DNA of 13,616 nucleotides from Pseudomonadota bacterium (GTDB lineage Bacteria > Bdellovibrionota_B > Oligoflexia > Oligoflexales > CAIYRB01). The notes under the pieces were generated by a model. That model saw only the letters and a program-made list of their open reading frames with translations. It ran no database searches and had not been told where the DNA came from. This document shows, one piece after another, positions 1-7,058 of this stretch. Position 1 is the stretch's first letter. Every line of letters begins with the position of its first letter. The stretch covers positions 1 through 13,616 of the forward strand of contig JANOTL010000103.1 of the NCBI GenBank assembly GCA_031416315.1, in the 5' to 3' direction. A program made the position numbers and the translations under genes.

Positions 1-1
1 C

Positions 2-520
2 GAGACCGCGCTCGCCGTGCACCAGATGTTCGTCAGCGATCTGCGCTACCTGCCCGGCGTCTCTGTGCCGAAGGGCTTTCAGTCGGTACGCGACGCGAAT
101 AAGCTCTGCAACCAGGAAGCGAACGCGGACGAGGAGCTCGCGGCGTACTGGTGGAAGGCCGTGCTGTCGGACGGCGTCGCCGACGCGAAGCAGCGGATCG
201 TCCTGAAAGGACGACTCGAAAGCTTAGACGGCGTCGAGCTCGCGGCCGACGCCCAGGCCTTGCTGGCGGGCGGGATCACGCCAGAGACGGTGACCTACCG
301 GAACCGGGCGATCGCGACGGCCTTGAAGGACGACTTCGTGGTGACGGGCACGAACGCCGACGGCACGCTCGCGACCGGGGAGACCTGCGGGGATTGGCTC
401 TTAGCGACGGGGAACGTGAAGCTCGGGGATCCGGCGACGGCTGGGAAGTGGCTCGCGGGGTCGAGTGGGAGTTGTGCGAAGGCGCGGCGGCTTTATTGCG
501 TGAGCTACCGGAAGCGGTAA
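2..520 (+). CDS. DUF1554-like domain protein, C-terminal part (5'-truncated by the window edge)
   Basis: The frame is open from position 2 (ETALAVHQMFVS...) to TAA at 518-520. The pattern FVS...DANKLCNQEA...WKAVLSDG...TGT.DGT.ATGETCGDW...G...W...C...LYCV matches my recollection of DUF1554-type extracellular domains. Confidence 0.6.
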   Translation, partial: ETALAVHQMFVSDLRYLPGVSVPKGFQSVRDANKLCNQEANADEELAAYWWKAVLSDGVADAKQRIVLKGRLESLDGVELAADAQALLAGGITPETVTYRNRAIATALKDDFVVTGTNADGTLATGETCGDWLLATGNVKLGDPATAGKWLAGSSGSCAKARRLYCVSYRKR

Positions 521-529
521 AACAGCCTG

Positions 530-565
530 AAATAGAAAAGGAGCCGCACATCCGTGTGCGACTCC
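530..565 (-). terminator. Rho-independent terminator downstream of the thermonuclease gene
   Basis: The minus strand reads GGAGTCGCACA-cgga-TGTGCGGCTCC (11-bp stem with one G-U pair, 540-565) followed by TTTTCTATTT. It lies about 20 nt after the nuclease stop codon, between convergent genes. Confidence 0.75.
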
Positions 566-586
566 CGTTCAGTAGGCACAGCCGAT

Positions 587-1294
587 TTACATCGACCCGC
601 CATTTTGCTTGGTCTTCTGACGGAACTCGTACGGAGTCTCGTAGTTGTCGAGCGTCCAGACGCCCTTGTCGTCTTTTTTCGCGCGCTGCTCGGCGGCGAA
701 ATAGGCGTCGCGGTCGATCTTGTTCGGGGCCCACTTGTAGGCTTCCGCGTAGCCGCTCTCGACCATGTAGAGGTTGATGAGGCGGCCGTCGACGTAGACT
801 TCGCTGACCATGCGGTTGTACATGTCGCGCTCGACTTGGCGGATCTTGACGGCTTTGCCTTTGACGAGGCCGTTCAGGACGTCGCGGGCGTCGGTGCCCA
901 TGGGCTGGCCGCGACCGTCGTCGCCGCCGGAGACTTCCGGAGCGTCGATGCCGGCGAAGCGCATCGTGAGGGATTCGCCGGTCGAGAGGCGGGCGTAGCA
1001 AGTGTCACCGTCGTGGCAGCTCCTGATGACGCCGTCGATGGCGTCTGAAGGGACGTCCCGCATGGTGAGGTCGGCCGGATCAGAGACCGCGGGCACCTGA
1101 CCGAGCTCGGGAGTCGCCGGAGCGGTCGGCTTCTTGGACGGTTGCTTCTTCTTCTTCTTGTACTTCTTCCAGTAGCTCGACTCGCTGACGTCTTCGCTCG
1201 AGCCGCAGCCGACGGTCGTGAGACCGATTCCGGCGAAGATCGATGCGCTCAGGATCGTGCTCAGGACATGACGATTGAAAGTAGGCAGTTGCAT
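587..1294 (-). CDS. Thermonuclease (staphylococcal nuclease, SNase) family lipoprotein, 235 aa
   Basis: SNase catalytic motifs are intact: DGDT, RFAGIDAPE, DMYNR, and INLYMVESGYA...AEQRAK..KGVW. The signal peptide ends in lipobox TVG-C30. A GAGG RBS lies upstream of the ATG on the minus strand. Confidence 0.93.
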   Translation of the reverse strand: MQLPTFNRHVLSTILSASIFAGIGLTTVGCGSSEDVSESSYWKKYKKKKKQPSKKPTAPATPELGQVPAVSDPADLTMRDVPSDAIDGVIRSCHDGDTCYARLSTGESLTMRFAGIDAPEVSGGDDGRGQPMGTDARDVLNGLVKGKAVKIRQVERDMYNRMVSEVYVDGRLINLYMVESGYAEAYKWAPNKIDRDAYFAAEQRAKKDDKGVWTLDNYETPYEFRQKTKQNGGSM

Positions 1295-1370
1295 TAGGAC
1301 ACCTCGGTTCGGCAGCAGGCAGGTTCGGGAAAAAACTCAGGAGGAACGGGAAACAGGAGTGGCGCCGAGG

Positions 1371-1456
1371 TGCATATTCTAATAGTTTTTAATGAATTGC
1401 AATATGTATTTTATGGATTTTAAAAGTTTTAAACAATATGCAATAATTTTAGTGGT
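1371..1456 (-). promoter_or_regulatory. AT-rich promoter/operator region upstream of the thermonuclease gene
   Basis: An abrupt AT-rich stretch in GC-rich DNA. The minus strand has TTGCAT-N15-TAAAAT (1443-1417) and TTGCAA-N15-TAGAAT (1402-1376). There is also a palindrome TTTAAAA-G-TTTTAAA (1419-1433). Confidence 0.6.
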
Positions 1457-3301
1457 TTAGTCGCCCAGCGCCTCGACCTCGGTGTCGTCGCCCGCGCCCG
1501 GCGCGTTGTCGCCGGTCTGGTCGGCGTAGGGGATGCCCTGCTTCAGCTCTTTGGCGGCCGAGACCTTCCAGAGTCGATTATCGAAATGATCGTTGAAGGC
1601 CGTGGCGACGGCCACGGAGCCGCCGGGGGCGCGGATGGTCACCATGTTCTCGTCGTTGTCGTCGTTGCCGGTGACGCTCCAGTTCTGCGAGCCGATGATG
1701 ATGTATTCGGCACGCGGGCCGGACGGGGTCTTGCGCGTCAGCGTCGCGACCTTGTGATGGTTTTGCTTCTTCCAGGTGCTGCGGCGGACGACGAGCTTCG
1801 AGCTCGGGTTCGGTTGGTACGGGTTCGCCTCGAGGACGTTGCCCTTCTTGTCGCGGATCCAGCCGGTGACCTGCGAGCCGGTGAGCGTGTCGAAGACGAT
1901 GCGCACGTCGGCGCCCTTCGACTGGGCGTACTGGAAGGCGCGGACGAACTCGATGCCGCCGCCGCCGAACATCGAGACGCGGACCTCGTCGCCGGGACGC
2001 GCCGAGAGCAGCATCGGCAGGATGGAGCGGTGCTCGCCGTCGTCGGTCGGGGCGAAGGAGAGGTTCATCTCGGTGCCGTCCGAGAAGCGGAAGTAGCGCT
2101 TGGTGTTCGGCGTCTTGTCGTTATGGAAGCGGCCGCGCTTGACGCCGCCGCCGCCGGCGCCGACGACTTTTTCCGGCTTCTTGTAATCGTCCGGCTGGTA
2201 CTCGTACATCTCGTCGAATTCCTTTTGGAACTCGCGCGCGATCTCGGTGTTGTCGATCAAGATGCCCAGGTTGGTGTTGCGCTCGGTGCCCATACAGGTG
2301 TCGGCGACGTTGGCCGTGCCCGACCAGACCGACATGCGGCCGCCCTCTTTCTCGAAGACGACGAACTTGTTGTGCATGATGCCGCCGTCCGGGAACTCGA
2401 GGCGGCCGAGCGCGCCTTTGAAGCCTTTAGCTCCTTGGTTCATGCGCTCGATGATCTTCATCGTGTCTTTGTATTGGAAGGTCAGATTGTTGAACTTCGC
2501 GTCGAAGGGCGAGAAGATCCATTTCGCCGCGTTGCCGGTCGGCTTCGAGTAAGAAAAGAGAAAGGGTCCTTCCGAGCCCTTGGCGAAGTCCTCCTGATCG
2601 AAGACGCCGCGCACGGGGATCCCCGCGTCGATTTTGCTCATGATCGCGTCGTAGACCGGCTTCATGCTGCCATCGGTCGCGTCGATGCCGTAGATGGCGA
2701 CCGACATGCCCGTCTGCGCCTCCGCCTCGATGGTCTCGGCCAGGCGCTTCGCGAGCATCTTCTCCGGCACGATCGCCGTCTTGTCGATGTCCCAAGCCTC
2801 GGTGAACCAGTACTTGAGCTTCAGCGGCTCGGCGATGTCGACGCGGTCGCCTAGGCCCTCTTCGGCGTCGCGGCGGGAGGCGCGCTTCGGCGTGACCCAG
2901 GGCTTCGCCTGCGTACAGGCCCAGTCTTCGAAGCTGTCACAGAGGATGAATTGAGACGAGCCCTCGAAGACGCGTTTCGCGAGCTTCTTCGAGATGACGT
3001 CGTTCTTCAGCCCCAGGAAGGCGAAGTAGTGCGCGGCGCGCTTGGCGTATTCGGCCTTCTTACTCTCGGGAGCGTCGGAGGCGTTGACGATCTCCTGCGC
3101 CAACGCGAGCACGGAGTCGGGCTTAGTGATGGTCGGCAGGGAGAAGACGTTGGCCGTCGCCAGGGCGTCGCCCGCCTCGGAGAGCGTGTCCTCGACCGCT
3201 TTCACGCCGGCGTTGCCGCCCGATCCCGGCGTCTTACAGCTCGCAAGCACGAGCGTGATTAGAGTCACCGAGGCCAGTCGGGTCCGGGTCACCAACGCCA
3301 T
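1457..3301 (-). CDS. Phospholipase D superfamily (Nuc-like, two HxK motifs) lipoprotein, 614 aa
   Basis: Motif 1 is IMHNKFVVFE...WSGTAN...N. Motif 2 is NHHKVATLT...IIIGSQNWS..GNDDNDENMV. The typical 'GIPVRGVFD' and 'GADVRIVFD' strands are present. Lipobox LAS-C22. Confidence 0.88.
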   Translation of the reverse strand: MALVTRTRLASVTLITLVLASCKTPGSGGNAGVKAVEDTLSEAGDALATANVFSLPTITKPDSVLALAQEIVNASDAPESKKAEYAKRAAHYFAFLGLKNDVISKKLAKRVFEGSSQFILCDSFEDWACTQAKPWVTPKRASRRDAEEGLGDRVDIAEPLKLKYWFTEAWDIDKTAIVPEKMLAKRLAETIEAEAQTGMSVAIYGIDATDGSMKPVYDAIMSKIDAGIPVRGVFDQEDFAKGSEGPFLFSYSKPTGNAAKWIFSPFDAKFNNLTFQYKDTMKIIERMNQGAKGFKGALGRLEFPDGGIMHNKFVVFEKEGGRMSVWSGTANVADTCMGTERNTNLGILIDNTEIAREFQKEFDEMYEYQPDDYKKPEKVVGAGGGGVKRGRFHNDKTPNTKRYFRFSDGTEMNLSFAPTDDGEHRSILPMLLSARPGDEVRVSMFGGGGIEFVRAFQYAQSKGADVRIVFDTLTGSQVTGWIRDKKGNVLEANPYQPNPSSKLVVRRSTWKKQNHHKVATLTRKTPSGPRAEYIIIGSQNWSVTGNDDNDENMVTIRAPGGSVAVATAFNDHFDNRLWKVSAAKELKQGIPYADQTGDNAPGAGDDTEVEALGD

Positions 3302-3357
3302 GAGAGTCCTCGCGAGAATGGGAAAGAGCCGGCTCGGGGGCCGCTACGGTCAGGGAA

Positions 3358-5121
3358 TCAGGGCTCGCACTTCACGCCGGGCTTCTCGAGCTGCCCGTTA
3401 CTGCAGATGTGGTGCAGATAGAGGATCGAGTCGAGCTCGTCCTCGAGCGCGGTGCCCAGGCGGTCCCAGGCGTGCTCGGCTTTGGCCAAGCTCGTCGTGC
3501 CGAAAGTCGTCTCGTCGAACCAGTTGCGGTCGAAGTCGAGCTTGCGGCCTGCGGCGAGGTCGTCGGTCGAGTAGTAGCGGTCTTTGTGGACCTTGAAGAT
3601 GAACATGAAGTGCTTCCAGTGACGCGCGGGGACGTCGCCGTTGCAAGGGATCGTGTAGCAGGGGGCGACGAACGCGGCCGAGGCGCTCATCTCGTAGGAA
3701 GACGCGACGAAGGGCGAGTAGGCCTCGGTGCGCTCGCGCTTCTGGCTCATCTTGTCGTCGTAGCCCGACTTGTACCATTGCGTGTGGCGGTCGACCGCAT
3801 TGCGCAGGCGCTCATAGATGAACTGTTGCGTCTTGGGGTCGGCCTCGCCGGCGCCGGTCAAGGCGTAGAGGCCGAGATCGCCTTTGCCGTAGCCTTTCTG
3901 CCAACCGGAGACGAGCTGGCCGTCGCCCGCCTCGGTGTTCCAGAGGTGGGCCTCCTTCGCGAGATCCTTGCCCCAGTTCGGGTAGACGGTCCAGCGCACG
4001 TAGGCGTTCTTCATCGTGTCGTCGAGCTCGCGCGAGTGCAGCATCCAGGTGGCGAGGCCGGCGCGGGCGCCGTTCCAGCGCGAGGCGAAGGGCTTGGCGA
4101 AGTAGTTCTTGCAGTCCTCGTCGGTGAGAATCAGCTTCTGGTCTGGGTATTTCGGGGCGTCAAGCTTCTTCGTCGTGCTCTTGCACTGGAGGACCGTCGA
4201 GATCGCGTGCCAGATCATGCCGTTCGACTCGGGCGAGTTCGGCTTGAAATTCCCGTCGCCGCGGAAGTCGTAGTAGTAGTCGGTGTCGTCGGCGGTGCAG
4301 TTCTCGGTCTTGAACGGCTCGTACTTCTGGTTGAAGGTCGCGAGGGAGTCGAACTCTTTGCCCTCGTCGATGTACTCGGCGAACATGAACTTCGTCTCGC
4401 AGACCGACAAAGGCGTCACCGGCTTGTCGATCTCTTTCTCGTTGCCGAAGTCGTGCTTGCCCTTCGACTGTAGCGCCGCGAACTTCGCGTTGTAGTACGC
4501 GAGCGAGAGGTCGAGGTAGGGCTGGTAGGCTGCCGCCGTCATCTGCGACCAGACCTCCTTCTTCGGGTCGATCTGCGGTTGATCGATCGGCTGCAGGTAA
4601 TTGGTGCGATGGATCCACTCGATCTTCGCCTTGACCATGCCGGCGCGGTCTCTGAACTCGCCGCAGAGGTACACGAGGAACTCGTGGCCCATTTGCGTGA
4701 CGTTCTCGGGTTTGGACGCCATCGCGTTCTTGTAGTGGTACTTGATCTGGCTATAGAGGGCGAAGCTGTGCTCGGCCATCTGCGAGAGAATCCCGGCCGC
4801 CTTCGCGACGTCGGCGTTCTCGTAGTTCGGCTGCGGCAGGACCGACGGGTCGCCGTCGACGCCTTTGCAGTACTGGCTCCACAGCGCAAAATTCTCCGCC
4901 GGCGGCAGGACGCCGGGGGGGCCGGGATACGTCGACAGGTCCCCGCCCGCGGCTGCCGAGGCGTCGGCCGCAGGCGCCGAGACGTCTTCTTTCACGCGCG
5001 AGGCGCCGCCGGGCGTCTTGCAAGCCACGACGGCGGTCGTCGCGAGCGCGAGGACGAGCGAGACAGCCGCAAAACGGCGTGCATGGGACGTACGGGGGCG
5101 CGTGGAGCCGAGGTGCAGCAT
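3358..5121 (-). CDS. Uncharacterised Cys-rich lipoprotein, 587 aa (possible degenerate ADP-ribosyltransferase-like fold)
   Basis: Long ORF with natural composition and an AAGGAAG RBS upstream. The hydrophobic signal ends in VVA-C34, followed by 10 further Cys. The fold assignment is inference only (see findings). Confidence 0.8.
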   Translation of the reverse strand: MLHLGSTRPRTSHARRFAAVSLVLALATTAVVACKTPGGASRVKEDVSAPAADASAAAGGDLSTYPGPPGVLPPAENFALWSQYCKGVDGDPSVLPQPNYENADVAKAAGILSQMAEHSFALYSQIKYHYKNAMASKPENVTQMGHEFLVYLCGEFRDRAGMVKAKIEWIHRTNYLQPIDQPQIDPKKEVWSQMTAAAYQPYLDLSLAYYNAKFAALQSKGKHDFGNEKEIDKPVTPLSVCETKFMFAEYIDEGKEFDSLATFNQKYEPFKTENCTADDTDYYYDFRGDGNFKPNSPESNGMIWHAISTVLQCKSTTKKLDAPKYPDQKLILTDEDCKNYFAKPFASRWNGARAGLATWMLHSRELDDTMKNAYVRWTVYPNWGKDLAKEAHLWNTEAGDGQLVSGWQKGYGKGDLGLYALTGAGEADPKTQQFIYERLRNAVDRHTQWYKSGYDDKMSQKRERTEAYSPFVASSYEMSASAAFVAPCYTIPCNGDVPARHWKHFMFIFKVHKDRYYSTDDLAAGRKLDFDRNWFDETTFGTTSLAKAEHAWDRLGTALEDELDSILYLHHICSNGQLEKPGVKCEP

Positions 5122-5172
5122 CGCGTCTTCCTTTTGCTGGGTGAGAAAGCGTGGAGACAGTATAACTCAAAT

Positions 5173-6138
5173 ATGGCTGACTTTGTGCCCCATCCTTTCC
5201 TTCGCGGCGGTCACTTGCAGACTTTCGCCGGGCAGCTGCTGACGCCGCCTGCGCCGCCCTCGTCTTACGAGGTGATCGAGGTCGCGCTCGAGGACGGCGA
5301 CCGCTTGCTGCTGCACGCCGACGGCGTCTCGGGCACCAAGCCGGTCGTGGTGTTGTTCCACGGCTTGGGCGGCTCGTCGGAGTCGTCTTACATGCTGCGA
5401 CTATCCTTCAAGCTGACGGCCCTGGGTCATCCCGTGGTGCGCTTCAATCACCGCGGCTGCGGCGCGGGCGGCGAGGCGCTGGCAGCGGGGATTTACCATG
5501 CGGGGCGAGCGGCGGATCTGGCGGCGGCCTTGGCCGCGGTCGGCGGACGATTTCCGGGAGCCCAGGTTCAGGCCGTCGGCTTCTCGCTGTCGGCGAACAT
5601 GCTGCTGAAGCTCCTCGCGGATCAAAAGGCGATGCGCGCCTTGCCGCACGTGACGCGGGCCCTGGCCGTGTGTCCGCCGGTCGACCTTGAGATGTGCTCG
5701 GTGGCGCTCGACTCGCGGCGCAATCGCGTCATCGACCGCTACTATACGCGGCGGATGATCGCAACGGCGCACGCGAAGAAGCGGGCTTTTCCCGCAGGCC
5801 CGGCGCCGGAATTCCCGCGGCGGATGACGCTCCGTCTCTTCGACGAGGTCTATACGGCGCCGCGGGCCGGCTTTCCGAGCCGGAAGCATTATTACGAGGC
5901 GGCTTCTAGTAAACATAATTTGTTTACAATCGGCGTACCGACGACGGTTTTGGCGGCGGCGGACGACCCGATCATTCCTGAGGCGAGCTTCGCCGGAGTC
6001 CGGTGGTCGAGCGCGGTGGCGTTCCAGCTGACGCGGACGGGCGGGCACATGGGCTTCATCGCGGCGCGGCGGACGCGGTTCGGGGATTTACGGTGGATGG
6101 ATCTGGCGGTGGTGGAGTGGGTGGAGGCGGGGGGATAG
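5173..6138 (+). CDS. YheT-like alpha/beta-fold hydrolase (esterase/lipase), 321 aa
   Basis: Family motifs GGHLQT, FHGLGGSSES.Y, FNHRGCG, YHAG...DL, nucleophile GFSLSAN, acid AADDPII and His GGHMGF. The start is placed at ATG 5173 because the longer ORF from 4579 overlaps the opposite-strand gene. Confidence 0.9.
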   Translation: MADFVPHPFLRGGHLQTFAGQLLTPPAPPSSYEVIEVALEDGDRLLLHADGVSGTKPVVVLFHGLGGSSESSYMLRLSFKLTALGHPVVRFNHRGCGAGGEALAAGIYHAGRAADLAAALAAVGGRFPGAQVQAVGFSLSANMLLKLLADQKAMRALPHVTRALAVCPPVDLEMCSVALDSRRNRVIDRYYTRRMIATAHAKKRAFPAGPAPEFPRRMTLRLFDEVYTAPRAGFPSRKHYYEAASSKHNLFTIGVPTTVLAAADDPIIPEASFAGVRWSSAVAFQLTRTGGHMGFIAARRTRFGDLRWMDLAVVEWVEAGG

Positions 6139-6226
6139 GGGTCTGGTCGCGTGCGTCGGCGATGATGACGACGAGCGCGGGCGCGAGCGCGGCGTCAGAC
6201 GCCTTCTTGCGGCTGATGGTGGCGGC

Positions 6227-7057
6227 TCAAGGGGCGAGCTCCGTCGCCGGCTCCGCCGGTGCCGGTGCCGGCGGCGCAGGAGCGGCGGGCGTCGACCCGG
6301 CCTGAGACGCCGTCAGGAACTCCTTCAACTTCTCGGCCTTGGTCGCGCCGTCCTGGCCTTCGATCGAGGCAAGCGCTTCGTTCACTTTGGCCTGGAGAGC
6401 CGGATTGCCTGCGGCCTGCATCGCGGCGACCGCGGCCAGGTTGTCCAAAACGATCAGGGCGTCGGCCTCGGTCATAGTTGCGAGCTTCGACGCGTCGAAC
6501 GCCCCCGTCTGCGTATCGATGGCGAACTTGTTCAAGTACATGACTGAGAACGTCGTCCGATAAAGCGTCAGTTGCAGTCGGGCGCTTGACGCATAGCTCT
6601 CGCCCGAGGTCGCCGCGCGCAGCGCCTCCGGAATGGTGTCTAGATAGGTGATCGAGGCCCTCACGTCGGCGAGCGCGGCATCGTAGCCGGCGTCCCCCAG
6701 ATCCTGCGGATCGGGGAGGAACGTCGCCAAGGAGGCGAGGAGCCCGCCGCTGCTGCCGCCACCGCTGAACTGGGCCTTCGCCAACTCCAGGATCGAGATG
6801 CCGGCGCGCCCTGCATGCGCCGCGGCGCACAGGGGATAGCGCGCATAAACGGTCGGCTCGGCAGCGATCAACGCCTCGAGGAGCGAGATTGCGGTCGCGT
6901 AGTCCTGGTTTTCCAGCGCTAGGCGCGCGTTCTCGTCGCCGGTGCGCTCGCTACACGGGACGGCCTTGTTGCCTTTGTCGCAGTCGGCGACGTTGTTTTC
7001 GCCGCCGCAGCTCGCGGCTAGCCAGATCGCCGTCACGATGCCGAGAGCTCGCCGCAC
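6227..7057 (-). CDS. Alpha-helical (TPR-like) lipoprotein, 276 aa
   Basis: GTG start 1 nt after the barrel gene stop. The signal MRRALGIVTAIWLAAS-C is followed by TPR-like helices (ARLALENQDYATAISLLEALIAAEP) and a Pro/Ala tail. Confidence 0.78.
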   Translation of the reverse strand: MRRALGIVTAIWLAASCGGENNVADCDKGNKAVPCSERTGDENARLALENQDYATAISLLEALIAAEPTVYARYPLCAAAHAGRAGISILELAKAQFSGGGSSGGLLASLATFLPDPQDLGDAGYDAALADVRASITYLDTIPEALRAATSGESYASSARLQLTLYRTTFSVMYLNKFAIDTQTGAFDASKLATMTEADALIVLDNLAAVAAMQAAGNPALQAKVNEALASIEGQDGATKAEKLKEFLTASQAGSTPAAPAPPAPAPAEPATELAP

Positions 7058-7058
7058 G

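Noticed and set aside
1145..1159. (CTT)5 tract as a phase-variation switch
   Set aside because: A triplet unit keeps the reading frame, so slippage would only change Lys count.
1586..4473. Long plus-strand ORFs 1586-2854 and 3409-4473 (similarly 6942-8195, and minus-strand 11192-12025 and 11781-12770)
   Set aside because: Antisense shadows of real genes, expected with GC-rich codon bias; no recognisable motifs.
5065..5085. Possible twin-arginine (Tat) motif ARRFAA in the 587-aa protein's signal peptide
   Set aside because: It does not fit S/T-R-R-x-F-L-K well, and Arg pairs are common in GC-rich n-regions.
587..5121. Anti-phage defence system interpretation of the nuclease/PLD cluster
   Set aside because: All three proteins carry lipoprotein export signals and no helicase, ATPase or methylase partner is present, so cytoplasmic defence is unlikely. 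Periplasmic DNA interception cannot be excluded.
4579..5172. 198-aa N-terminal extension of the hydrolase in the ORF track
   Set aside because: It overlaps the opposite-strand lipoprotein gene, and family similarity begins at Met 5173.
6191..6208. GGCGT-cag-ACGCC-TTCTT hairpin as a terminator between convergent genes
   Set aside because: The stem is only 5 bp with a weak U-tract; too weak to call.
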